Shown piece by piece: positions 14,034 to 27,413 of a stretch of 64,000 nt of DNA. The position numbers and the translations under genes were made by a program. Numbering within the stretch: position 1 is the stretch's first letter; each line of letters begins with the position of its first letter. The DNA is from Octopus vulgaris (Eukaryota): assembly GCA_951406725.2 (NCBI GenBank), contig OX597828.1, positions 69,874,001 to 69,938,000 on the forward strand, read 5' to 3'. The notes under the pieces are model-generated. The model ran no database searches and had not been told where the DNA came from. It was given only the letters and a program-made list of their open reading frames with translations.

Positions 14034-15027
14034 GGGCATGTGGGGGTTACACCTGGTACCTATAACCAAATATTTACTCGTCCTGTAGATCGAGGAATAA
14101 GCTGTACAGTCATCAAAGAATCCACAAATGGAAGCAAAGCTGGACGTCTTTGGGTTGAATGTCCAACCATCATCAGAGTAATCATGGCTTTTGGCGGTGT
14201 CTGTCTTCACCGCGATACACTCATCGCCGCCACTCAAACCGCCCCTTCACATACCAAAGAACTGCATCAGCTTCTCACCTGTGTGACGTCACACACACGC
14301 GCATCGAGACGGTATGTGTGTGTAGGTGAGTGCTTGTGAAACTAGGTGTAAGGTTGAACAATAACAGGTGTTTCTGCAAAAATAATGCAAAATCACCAGA
14401 CAAACAGAGGAAGTAGACAACAGTAAGGGGTGGTGGGCATGGGAAGAGAAGAAGGAGATATATTATTGGCTGGCTGTTGTTGTTTTAGAATGTGTTGATG
14501 TTAATGATGCTGCTGATGTTGATGGAATTATTATTGTCCTTATTCTTCTTGAAGATATGACTGTTGTTGTTGTTGTTGCTGGTCCTCTTGTTGTTGTTGT
14601 TGTTGTTGTTTCTGGTTCTCTTGTTGTTGTTATTGTTAAAGTTGTTCTTGATAATAAATATTGTGTTGTCATCGTTATTGTCGGTCATCTTGTTTGAACT
14701 TCAGGCAAGCCTCGTTTTCGTATGGAAAACCCGTGGTTCAGCGCTTGAGTCATTCGGCTCGCGATTGTAAAGAGGTTGAGTTCGATTCCTGGCAGCGCGC
14801 TGTGTCCCTCGAACAAAACACATTGTTTTACGTTGCTCTCTCGTCCACTCAGCTGGCAAAACTGAGCATCAGTGCTCATAAGGTACCTGCCCGTATTTCA
14901 AATCCCTATACCTTTACCTTACAGGTGTGAGTGCGCATGTGAATGTGTGCGCATGTGTGTGTGCGTATTGTTATGTAACAATGTAAGCGTGATAATCCTG
15001 TTTGAATATCTATAAAAAGCATGGGTA

Positions 15028-15197
<170 letters not shown>

Positions 15198-15278
15198 TAG
15201 TTATTGGGTGTGTATGTTTTATGTTTATACACGCGTAAGTGGCAGGTAAACGCACTTGTAAGTGTTTATGTTGCTGTT

Positions 15279-15348
<70 letters not shown>

Positions 15349-15541
15349 TGTATATACATATATATATGTTTGTATACATATATATGCATACATATATCTA
15401 TATGTATGCATATATGTGTGTGTGTGTGTGTGTGTGTGCATGTGTTTGTGTGTATGTGTGTATATATGTATACCATTTTAAAGATCAAGTATTAGTCACT
15501 AAAGCAATTGGAAATTCCCCTTAATATTGGCCAATGTGTCC

Positions 15542-15599
<58 letters not shown>

Positions 15600-15803
15600 G
15601 TAACGTACGTTTATGTTTAAGAAGGAGGTGTTCGCTGAAGTAAATGCAAACACGACAGTTGATATTGTAATCCTACAACTAAAGTCACGCTGTGGTTTAA
15701 GCTAACAATACTTGTCCATCTGTCTATCTGTCTGTCTTTGTCTATCTGTTTGCTTGTGCGTGTGTGTGTGCATATATACGTGTGTATATATATATATGTA
15801 TAC

Positions 15804-15848
<45 letters not shown>

Positions 15849-16816
15849 CACATATACATACATACAAACATACATAGAAACATACATACATCAATTGTGA
15901 TTAAAGTATATATATGTATATGTATATATAAATATATATATGTGTGCGCGTGTGTGTGTATGTGTGTGTGCTTTGATCACAACTGTCCGACAAACGATAA
16001 CTTGAAATTCTGAGTAAGAGTTTATGAAGACTTTTTCCAGTTTTAATAAAAGCATATTACGCTACCTTCGGGATTCGAGTACATATACACGCGTAGACAC
16101 ACACAAACACACACACACATATACAACCACCTGTCAATTTCCTCTCACTCTCTAATGAACTATCTACCTCCCACCCAATCCCGATCCTCGGTTCTTATTT
16201 TGTCTTCATATGCTTTGAGGGTTCACTCTCATACCTCGTCACCAATGTCTTTACCTCATTTCCCTCTTCTCCCAGCCACTCTTATATAATGCGCAGTAGC
16301 GGTGTACCGCTTCTGAGATGCTGAAGTATGACACAGGGACAGATATACCTGTGCCTGTCACTCTAGCATACATTAACCTTTGAATAACTTGAAATGACAT
16401 CACCTTTGTTGATAACTCCGCTCAGCTAACTAAAGCCTTCAAGGCAGTGCTCCAGTATGGCCGCGATCCAACGATTGGAACAAATGAGATATCAAATCTC
16501 TCGTCTATTGTGAACTATAATAACTGCGTTAGCCATTACACTGAGGCAATTCTCCCGTTAAAGTTATCAAATTATAGAGGAACGACTGAATCCATTAAAT
16601 CATGGGCGATATATTAAATGTCGTCTGTTTTAGTAAAAGACATCTTTAGGAGAACAAGTGTGAAAAGATTTCATACATCATCTCAGATCTTTGAATCAAA
16701 TCTCTCTGAAATATGCATATACATACATACATATATGTACTTGTGAGTGATTGTCACTGAGCATATACATATGCATGTATATGTATATCTATCCATATAT
16801 TAACACATACATATAC

Positions 16817-16915
<99 letters not shown>

Positions 16916-17499
16916 ATGCATGTATGTAAACAAAACCCTTATAGTGTACTTTCCAAAGCTTCTCTTCGGGGATCAGCTATCAAATGCTATCATACCGATT
17001 TCTTCTGTCTCTGAACCTAAATCTGGAAATCGGTAAATATATGTAGATATTTATTAATGGTAGATAATTATTAAAATTTACAACAGTCGCATGTCATGTT
17101 ACACACACACACACACACATACATACACACGCACACACATACACAATCATATATATGTACGTATTTGTCCTCTCGCTGCGCGCGCACAGATGTGCGTGTT
17201 ATTTTTGCAATCCTTTATAAATTATCGGGTACGGGTGTGACACTGTCAGGTTCTCTTCAGATGAAAATAAGTTTTTGGTTTTTGAATTGAATTCAATGGT
17301 TTCAGTAGAAAAAACAGTTGTTTGTCAGGCGAAAATATTTAGTCATTGAATAGGGATAGTCTTCTTAAAAGCTTATAAGCAACATCATTAAACAGCAGCA
17401 ACCAATAACAATAACAACAGCTACAACAACATTTCCATCAATTCATTCTGCTGTAGGCACATTGCCTGAAATTTTAATGAGGTCGAGTCAAATCTTTTC

Positions 17500-17878
17500 T
17501 GCTGTAAGCACAAGGCCTGGAATTTAGGGGTGCGGACTAATTGATTACATTGACCCCAGTATGTAACTGGTACTTAATTTATCGACCCGAAAGGATGAAA
17601 GCAAAGTCGACCTCGGCGGAATTTGAACTCAGAACGTAGCGACAGACAAAATACCTATTTCTTTACTACCCACAAGGGGATAAACACAGAGAGGATAAAT
17701 AAGGACGGACACACGGATTAAGTCGATTACATCGGCCCCAGTGCGTAACTGGTACTTAATTTATCGACCCTGAAAGGCTGAAAGGCAAAGTCAACCTCGG
17801 CGGAATTTGAACTCAGAACATAACGGCAGACGAAATACGGCTAAGCATTTCGCCCTGAGTGCTGCCAGCTCACCGCCT
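17500..17878 (-). mobile_element. SINE family M, tandem dimer
   Basis: Two units containing aaagtcgacctcggcggaatttgaactcagaac. Confidence 0.8.
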
Positions 17879-18029
17879 TAATAATAATAATGATAATAAT
17901 AAAAATAAATGCCCTGATGCAGTACCAAGCAGTGGCTTTAATGGCTTCTCATCTTAACTGATTGGAAGTGTTATCATGTACATTGTTTTGTCTTGGTATA
18001 AAAGATGGGCTACAGCAAATATTCTCGAA

Positions 18030-19650
18030 CGAGGAAACGGCCTTCAGAGACGAATTAAATTCGTAAATCATGGTTCCACTGTAATTGAACTGCTCAAGAA
18101 GATAAACCGGAAAATCCTAATTGCTTCTGTGGCACAGGTAGAGTGTGTACCGCCAGGGACAACCTTTGAATTTGCTGCTCCCGATCTCTGCAAGCAGTCA
18201 GCCTAGGTAGGCGTATACAGCAGACTCCAAAGTGATGTCTCAAAAAAACGTCGCCCAATGCGCGCCGGTGTCTTTTTTTTTTACTATCTACGCTTCTGAA
18301 CTGACAGACAATTGTTATGCTTAATACGTATAATACTCGTATAATCTGTGTTATTTAGATACGGTTCAGGTTCAAGGAATTTGTGTCATATTGCAATGCA
18401 GTTTCACAACCGTCAAATGTAGAATAATTCACACTGAAGAAAGCTCTTTTTACTCTTTTACTTGTTTCAGTCATTTGACTGCGGCCATGCTGGAGCACCG
18501 CCTTCAGTCGAGCAAATCGACCCCGGGACTTATTCTTTGTAAGCCTAGTACTTATTCTATCGGTCTCTTTTTGCCGAACCGCTAAGTGACGGTGACGTAA
18601 ACACACCAGCATCGGTTGTCAAGCAATGCTAGGGAGACAAACACAGACACACAAACACACACACGCATATATATATATATATATACATATATACGACAGG
18701 CTTCTTTCAGTTTCCGTCTACCAAATCCACTCACAAGGCATTGGTCGGCCCGGGGCTATAGCAGAAAACACTTGCCCAAGGTGCCACGCAGTGGGGCTGA
18801 ACCCGAAACCATGTGGTTGGTTAGCAAGCTACTAACCACACAGCCACGGATTATTTAAAAAAAGCTGTTGAAAAAGTTGCTTTTTAATCTAAAAAGTGGT
18901 GAAGAAGTTCCAACGGTTGATGTTGGACAAGCGATTAAGATAATAGCAGGAATATGGTGGGCAGCGTTACGTTTTGAGAAACGGATCGTACTGACGAGGA
19001 AATGAATTTTAAAGGAAAAAAATGTGAATGAAGAAATTCAATAGTTGTGGGATTTGTTTCAGCTATAAAATATTTCAACAGAGTTTAAGTCTTATGACGT
19101 TTGTTGCTGTGGATTATCGCTTGTTATTAGTATCGCATGGTTTAAATGACCGCGAGATAAGCGGAAATGTTAAGAAATCAGAAGATAATCAGATAGAGAA
19201 AGAAAAGACGAGACTGAAAAAATAATCGGCTCAGCAAAAACAAATTTTCAAAGAGGATTTGAACTTGGCGACTTTTGTTACTGTGGATGATAGCCTGTTA
19301 GTATCACATGACGTAAATGACTGCAAGATAAACCGGATGTGTTGAGAAACCGGAAGAGAATGTAGAAGAAACTAAAACAAGCGTTTCGGCTCGGCAAGAA
19401 GATGAAATTTGTCATTAGAATATTCTGGTATTGAAATAAACATGGCCGTTCTTTATCTGCTGCTCTGATGTATCAGAAGCCATGTTCCCCCATGTGACTG
19501 CAGCTGAAGACTTTCGGTTAAGTCAAAATGTCAAATAGCCTCAATCCAAACCTACCGAGTTTTTATTTATTCTCTTTATTTTTCGTATTTTTCCGAAATC
19601 GGACTTTTTTTTTACGTGTTCCATTAACAGGTTATTCTTATGTAATTCTG
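18030..19650 (+). mobile_element. Highly decayed pogo/Tigger-like transposase relic, interrupted by a SINE
   Basis: Peptide fragments NRKILI...VECVPPGTT, VPTVDVGQAIKIIAGIW and TFVTVDDSLLVSHDVND resemble the Tigger DDE and C-terminal regions. Recognised by eye only. Confidence 0.4.
18445..18847 (-). mobile_element. SINE family K, near full length
   Basis: Minus-strand head gtggctgtgtggttagtagcttgctaaccaaccacatggtttcgggttcag, internal (TA)/(TG) tract and conserved tail. Confidence 0.85.
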
Positions 19651-20559
19651 CGCGAATGCAAGTGTCTTTACAGAAATACAGATACACGCGCGCGCTAGAG
19701 AAGAGCTCTCTAAATCTATTGCTGTCTACCATATAAACATACACATTCGTGCATAAATACATACATTCACACACACACATACATACATACATACATACAT
19801 ACATACATACATACATACATACATACATACATACATACATACATACACACATACATACATACATACATACTTATATACATAAACTTATAACTTATAGACA
19901 GACACATGCAGAAATACACACATAGAAGAGGAGATCTCTATAAAACTGTAAGTCCTAGAGAATATAGGATCACACACACATACACACACGCACACTCATA
20001 AATACATAACATGTGGGTTCGATTCCTGCAGGTAGTCTTCGGCCATTTTTCAATGCGAGGTATTTTTTACCTAATATATCACGTTTATTTATAGCTGCAT
20101 TTACTTCGAGATTCGCCATTAGAATTATACATACATACGTACATCTAACTCTCTCTCTCTCTCTCTCTCTCTCTATTTATATATATATATATGTGTGTGT
20201 GCGTGTGTATAGGGAGAGAGAGAGAGAAAGAAAAAGAGAGAGACTCACACACATATACATACGCACGCACACACACACACATACTCACATATATGTCTAT
20301 ATATCTATATGTTTATGAAATATTAAAAACGTTCGCCCACACACACACTTCACATTATATACAGAAATAATAAAAACGCGCAAAACCTATTAAGTGCTTT
20401 TGCCAAATTTCGAAGTACAAAACACACTGAATGGTTTTATACAACAGCCAGAAATATTTCCCATGGATCTATTGTCGTCGTTATGGTCAACGTAAACACT
20501 TTAGTAATGAATGCCGTAATAAGTTATAAAATCATGTGAATTGATAGTAAAATAGAATT

Positions 20560-21330
20560 AAATTTCCACCAACTTTTGCATATAAATCTTATTTCTTTTG
20601 TTGACCCATTGTTATTCTGGAGTTGAGTAGCCACACAAGTAAATCCGACAAATATTATAATTCTTGCATAATTCCTCCCTCAAAATTATATGAATGCTAT
20701 GGAATTTTTTCTTGTGTACAGCTGTCTAATTTGTTGACGCTGTAATATCAATCTTTTGCCGGTGTTTTCCCTATTTGGCTGATAAGATATTTTCGGTAGC
20801 TTTCGCGTGTTAAAACAAAATCATGTTAAGTTTTGAAAATAGGTCCCTCTTTGAAATATAATTCATAACCTTATAATATTCCACGGATATGTTAGTCGTT
20901 AGCAGAAGGAAATTAAAACCAGAGAGGTACTTTAAAGCTACAGATTCGAGACAATATATCTTATTTACCTGTTGTCATCCTTCAACAAAGGATTATAAAC
21001 GAAAGGAAATGAAGGAAGTACTTAACCAATAATGAAACTCGTAGAGAAAGGTAAATTGACATTCAGAAATTTCGATCGAGAAAATCAAACGAGAAACACG
21101 AAATGTTATGCATGCATTAATTCCTGCGAGACCAAACGATTAAAAAAAAACGCCAAGGGAAAGATCATCAAATTTACTAAAAGTAAACGGCAAACTGTTT
21201 TTAAAAAGACAACTTCCAGCACAAAACTAGAGGCAAAAACTATGGATATAAACAAAGTAGAATATTCAAACGACCAAACTGTAAAGCATAAAGCTATTTA
21301 TTAGAAGGTTATGAATTATATTTCAAAGAC
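20560..21330. pseudogene. Old Penelope-like element relic: inverted GIY-YIG fragment (minus, ~20560-20860) abutting an RT-thumb fragment (plus, ~20880-21330)
   Basis: Plus-strand DMLVVSRRKLKPERYFKATDSRQYILFTCCHP parallels DIMVIKKDTTITTDIYYKHTDTHQYLNFKSCHP of the 26 kb element. Minus-strand KYLISQIGKT and LQRQQIRQLYTRK parallel IYVGQTGN and HRQQIRDPEVRQ. Confidence 0.6.
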
Positions 21331-21384
21331 GGACTTTTTTTCAAAACTTAACGTAATTTTTCGCTGTTTTAATATCTATCATTT

Positions 21385-21675
21385 AACTACGACCATGCTG
21401 GAAATCGACCCCAGGACTTAATCTTTGTTGGCCTAGTACTTATTCTATCAGTGCCTTTTGCCGAACCGCTATGTTATGTGGGCATAAACACACCAGCATC
21501 AGCTGGCAAGCGGTAGCGGTGGGACAAACACAGACAGACACATAAATATATATATATATACTATGCGATGGGCTTCTTCCAGTTTCCGTCTATCAAATCC
21601 ACTCACAAGGCTTTGGTTGGCCCGAGGCTGTAGTAACCCGGAACTATGTGGTTGGGAAGCAAGGTTCTTACCACG

Positions 21676-21733
<58 letters not shown>

Positions 21734-22086
21734 CTTTTACTAGTTTCAGTCACGTGACTGTGGCCATGCTGGAGCACCGCCTTTAGTCGATCAAATATAC
21801 TCCAGGACTTATTCTTTGGAAGCCTAGTACTTATTCTATCGGTCTCTTTTGCCGAACTGCTAAGTTACGGGGACATAAACACACCACCATCGGTTGTCAA
21901 GCGATGTTAGGGGTAGGGACAAACACAACACACAAACATACACATATATACATATACATATATACGACGGGCTTCTTTCAGTTTCCGTCTACCAAATCCA
22001 CTCACAAAGCTTTGGTCGGCCCGAGGGTATAGTAGAAGACACTTGCCCAAGGTGCCACGCAGTGGGAATGAATCCAGAACCATGTG
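21385..22086 (-). mobile_element. Two adjacent SINE family K copies
   Basis: Units at ~21385-21677 and ~21733-22086 match 18445-18847. Confidence 0.8.
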
Positions 22087-22450
22087 ATATAAAAAGAGAA
22101 AGAGAGGGAGAGAGAGAGAGAGACAGAGGCAGCCAGACAGACAGATAGATATATAAATAGATAGAGTCATTGATAGAAGAAATAAAGAGAGAGGGAGAGA
22201 GAGATGTGGTGAAATATTTAATGGAATTAAAGTCGAACGGATACAAGGCGGGGTGGAGTTGACGGAGTTGGGTGGAGATGACCGGGAGGAGGGGTAGCAA
22301 GAGAAAGAGAGAGGTTGGGGGTGAGAGTATCAGAATTGGGGGTGGGGGAAATGGTGCCAGATCTTTTTCTTAATGCTCTGCCGATTGTACCAATGGAATT
22401 TTCTTGTGTGTACATGTGCCTGAATATGTGTTTGCATGTTGTGTGTGTGT

Positions 22451-22503
<53 letters not shown>

Positions 22504-22722
22504 CGTGCATGTTTCAACGTCTGTCTTTTCTAGGACGCCATTTGAAAAATGGGACACTGTATATCCCGTAACGTAGTGGTTCGACCGATAGATATTGATA
22601 AAATAAGTAGTTGGGTTAAAAATAAAAGCTGGGATCAGTTACGGTTCACCAAAATCTTTCAAGGCGGTGCTCCAGCATGGTCGCAATCCATTGACTGAAA
22701 CATATTAAAGAATATGTACAAA

Positions 22723-23353
22723 CAGGGTTTTGGGGTTAAATTTGACAGTTTGCATAAAATGCAATGAAAGCACAAAATCCCACCCAAAAATAAAATTATT
22801 TTTTTGAAAACAAACCCAAATATCAAAACTAGATTATGGCTGGAAGACAACAGATAATTCAAAGTAGTTGCCCTCAGCTTTCACTACAGCCTCAAGACGG
22901 CCGAATCTTGCTACAACGTATATGATGGCATCCCTCTCCAGCCAGGGCTTGACCACAGTCTCCAGCAGCCTCGCATAATTGTTTGAATTGAGCCTAAGAG
23001 CTCGCCCTGCCCAAGTCAGAATTCCTGCTATGTCTCCCACCTTGCTGGCCACCGCTTCGTAGCCCTCGTTGCAGCTGTCCACGTGACGTCTTAACGGCCT
23101 TTACAGTATTTGCTCTCAGACCAGTGAACAAGTCATGTTGTCGGAATTTTAATACTCGGCCTGATTCGTCATGGTGCAGGTAACTCTTCCCCAATGTTCA
23201 GATGGCGTCTATTCCTCCGTGTCAGCTAATTTTGTATAGACTACAACTTGAATCTTGATGATTGCCAACGCCATTGACTGTTCACCGATGCATCAAGATG
23301 TTCGAGGGAAAAGGAGACATAAAGAAATGGTCAAATTTAGCCTGAACATCCTG
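22723..23353 (-). mobile_element. Internally deleted maT/Tc1-like transposon relic
   Basis: Imperfect TIRs cagggttttggggttaaatttgac / (reverse complement) caggatgttcaggctaaatttgac. Minus-strand peptides YARLLETVVKPWL and RLEAVVKAEGNYFE are typical of the transposase C-terminal part. Confidence 0.65.
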
Positions 23354-23679
23354 TACATCCATCCATCCATCCATCCATACATACATACATACATACATAC
23401 ATACATACATACATACATACATACATACATACATACATACACACACACGCACACATGCATACATTCACACACACACAAACAAGTTTGTACGGAAGGAGAT
23501 TTGATGTCGAAATAAGCTTACGAAAGATTCTCATATTTTCAGTGAGACATTTGTGATGAATAACAGACATGTTTTGTAAACAGGGTTGATGGTTAGGTAT
23601 GTGGGTATGAAGGGAGTGGGGAAAAGGATAGACTGACAGATACAGACACAGCTAATAAAGGGATATGCCTCTGCGAGTA

Positions 23680-23796
<117 letters not shown>

Positions 23797-24195
23797 TTGT
23801 TGTTTATTTTGATTATAATACTCCATTTTGAATTATATGGATAATACCATACCAAATTTTGCCTTTAACTTAAGTACCATAATCTGAATCTAAATTTTAC
23901 TGAACTTATATATATATATATATATATATAATTAATTAATTGAGAGAATTAGATACTAATTTAATAGTATATTTATTCCACACCAAGTGGCCTATACGAG
24001 AAACTGGATTATTATAATATTTTATAACATATTATAATATTTTCACAAAATAAATATGGTGGCCTATTTATCACTTATCAAAGTTTAACACGAAAATAAT
24101 GTTCCCATGAAAGCCATACGACTAACAGTCGTACTGGCTTTCTGGGAATCTAAATTTTGATCAATATAGTGACCACTCTCTTATATTTATTTTAT

Positions 24196-24250
<55 letters not shown>

Positions 24251-24389
24251 CATACATGCACACTGTGTTTGAAGCAACACATATATATATATATATATAT
24301 ATGTTATATCACAATACAATGCAGATGTTATTGTTTCACTTTTTACACGTAATAGAGAACCAGTCTAAGAGTTGCTCCCGGTCCTCATC

Positions 24390-24530
24390 AGGCAAGAAGT
24401 CGAAAATTTTTTTAGCCCACGACACTCCCTTAACTTTAAGTAGTGCATGTATAAAATTTGAATGAAGTCGGTTGGGTAGTTCCCGAGTTTTAGGGCTTCA
24501 CACATACTGACAGGCAGACAAATGCACACA
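24390..24530 (+). mobile_element. Helentron/HINE-like fragment
   Basis: aaatttgaatgaagtcggttgggtagttcccgagttttag...acaggcagaca resembles DINE-1/HINE subterminal sequence. Confidence 0.35.
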
Positions 24531-24539
24531 CATACAGTG

Positions 24540-24790
24540 GCTGAGGACCCCACAGACACGCATATCCTTAACGTAATTCTCAGGGAGATTCAGCGAGAAC
24601 ACAGAATGTGACAAAGCTGGTTCTTTTTAAATTACAGGTATATCTCATTTTTATATTATTTACTTGTCAGTTGAGTGAACTGGAGCAACGTGAAATAAAG
24701 AGCTCAAGAAAAAGAACGCTCCGCCGGGAATTGAACTCATGACCTTACGATCGCGAGTCAAATGCTCCTAACCACAAAGCCACGAGCCTT
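24540..24790 (-). mobile_element. SINE family R (tail type 1)
   Basis: Reverse complement of the tRNA-like head plus the cacgttgctccagttcactcaactg core. Confidence 0.7.
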
Positions 24791-25367
24791 CATTCTTTTA
24801 TTAAACACATTTTAACCTCACCTTGAAAAAGCAGGAAAAAGAAAGAACTGTGGTCACACAACACGTTTTTCTCTCATATGTTGCTCTTTGTTTGCTTGTT
24901 TTCTTATTGAGACGATATGAAAGCTTGCCGGACGGGCTGTACCCGTAATACAAGCATACACCCTTGTCACTTCGTGTCACGCTGTTTCTGGGCGAGAATT
25001 CGGATTAATAATACACGTGTCTGTGATATAGTCGGTCTCTTTCACGTTTATTTAACAGTCTAGTATTAGATCAGGTGATCCAGTAACTGGTCACTCGTCG
25101 TCGAAGACGACCGAGGTCCTTTCTCTTGGCACACACGCACAGTGTCATACTTACATAGACTCATACACACACATATGCATATATACAAATACGCATAGCG
25201 ATACCCATACACAAACACACATATAGGCGCAGGCGTTGCCGTGTAACCACATGGTTCCGGGTTCAGTCCGAATGCGTGACACCCTGGGCAACTATTCTCT
25301 ATTATAGCCTCGAGCTGACCGAAGCCTTGTCAGTGGATTTGGAAGGCGGTAACTGAAAGAAGCCCGT

Positions 25368-25419
<52 letters not shown>

Positions 25420-25426
25420 CTTACAA

Positions 25427-25551
25427 GGGTTTAACTTTATGGCGTATCGGTAGACCCCAAAACATTTTGGCCTAAGACCTCTTCCATGTGTTGAAGAGGT
25501 CTTATGCCAACAGGTTTTGGGGTCTGATGATACGCCATAAAGTTAAATCCT
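25427..25551. repeat. ~125-nt near-perfect hairpin inside a short element between (TA)n tracts
   Basis: gggtttaactttatggcgtatc..agaccccaaaac..ttggc.taagacctcttc [catgtgtt] gaagaggtctta.gccaa..gttttggggtct..gatacgccataaagttaaatcc. Confidence 0.85.
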
Positions 25552-25597
25552 ATATGGAAGGGAAACACAGGGTAATCCCATAAACCTGGCTCCGCCA

Positions 25598-25633
<36 letters not shown>

Positions 25634-25698
25634 TTATATACAAAAAATACAAAAATGGGACAAGAACGCAAAACAGACACACACACACGCACACACAC

Positions 25699-25746
<48 letters not shown>

Positions 25747-25789
25747 AAATATATAAATCAAAATATGCAATAAGGATATCCAGAGGTAA

Positions 25790-25876
25790 TGCAGTACGAT
25801 CGTTTCATGCGACTCCATTTAATTGAACAATGCAATCATTATATCAATTTAAAATGTAGAGCAATCTTCAGCTGCA
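25790..25876 (-). ncRNA. Type I hammerhead ribozyme with canonical core and long stem II
   Basis: Minus strand: tgcag-CTGAAGA-ttgc...(~50 nt)...gcat-GAAA-cgatcg-TA-ctgca. 5-bp stem I and palindromic stem III. Confidence 0.75.
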
Positions 25877-25982
25877 GAAAAACATAGAATTTAATTAAAT
25901 TTGAAGGACACATTAGTTTGATTTTACCCAATATATATATATATATATATACAAAACGATCAAACGTATACAAAACGATCAA

Positions 25983-27413
25983 ACAATAATAATTAAACAA
26001 GCAGATAAAGGTGGTGCAATTGTTATTATGGATACCGAATACTATAAGGATTTGGTTGAAGACCAACTGAAGGATACAACCTTCTATTGTGAAATACCCG
26101 CAAATATAGACCACCACATCATGAAAAAGATCAACAACCTGATCTCAACACACCACAACTCACTTACGGATAATGAAAAAGACTACATCACCAATTTCGA
26201 ACCAAAACCCAGCAACTTCTACGGCTTACCAAAAATACACAAATCAAAAAATATTCAACAGGCAGTAAAAGAACAAGAAAGTGAGTACATAAAATTATTA
26301 CATCCAAAAGACCTAAAACTTAGACCTATTATAGCTGGTCCAGCATGCCCTACACACCGTCTAAGCAATTTTATTGACATTGTTTTGAAACCACTATGTA
26401 CTTACATACTAAGTTTCATCAGGGATGACATCGACTTCCTGTCCCATCTTCCCAAAACAACAGAAACAAATTCAGTTTTACTAAGTTTTGATGTGGTAAG
26501 CCTCTACACCAATATTCCACACGATTTAGGAATAAAGGCGATTAAATACTGGTTAGAAAAACATAGAGAAGTGATTCCCAGCAGATTCACAGTGCCATTT
26601 ATATTAGACACAGTCAAACTTATTCTAGAAAATAACACATTCTTCTTCAATGGAAAGAATTACATCCAAATTAGAGGCACGGCGATGGGAACGAGGTTTG
26701 CTCCCGTTTACGCCAACTCTGTAATGGGATACTTAGAACAACAACTCTACCAAGAGGTGGAGGTAAACTATGGCACTGGATTTAGAAAGTATATTGAAAA
26801 GGCATGGAAGAGATACCTAGACGACTGCTTCATAATCTGGACAGAATCTCTAAATACTCTGGAAGAGTTCAATATCCTCCTGAACAACCTACACCCATCT
26901 CTCCAATTTACAAAGGAGATGAGCAGTACCAAATTACCATTCCTAGATATAATGGTAATTAAAAAAGACACCACCATCACCACAGATATATACTATAAAC
27001 ACACAGACACACATCAATACCTAAATTTTAAGTCGTGCCATCCACCACATACAAAACGTAACATCCCATACTGCCTAGCCAGAAGAATTTGTACCATTGT
27101 AGAAGATGCAAATATCAGGAACAAACGCCTAATAGAACTAAGAGAATTTTTGCTCAAACAAAAATACCCATCTCTACTTATAGAAAATGGCATACAGCGG
27201 GCTATAAAAATACCCATACAACAACTTAGGACAACCCAAGGAAGAAGAAAACAAGAACAAGTCATACCATTCATAGTGACACACAACCCATGTCACCAGA
27301 ATATCTTCAACATTGCCAAAGCAAACCTACCAATCATTGCCCAAAGTAATGAATTAAAAGACATAATCACGGATCGAGCTATGTGCTTAGTAAAAGACAG
27401 CCTAAAAACTTGA
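25983..27413 (+). pseudogene. Penelope-like element reverse transcriptase (5'-truncated)
   Basis: Motifs IIIKQADKGGAIVIMD (in frame upstream of ATG 26028), FYGLPKIHK, LRPIIAG, SFDVVSLYTNIP, GTAMGTRFAP, RYLDDCF, YYKHTDTHQYLNFKSCHP. Frameshift near 27380. Confidence 0.95.

Noticed and set aside
24355-24395. Minus-strand CUGAUGA followed by a ggacc/ggttc stem
   Set aside because: No GAAA or stem III follows; at most a truncated relic.
27378-27413. Programmed frameshift between PLE RT and GIY-YIG
   Set aside because: PLEs encode one fused ORF and there is no slippery heptamer here; a single indel or sequencing error is more parsimonious.
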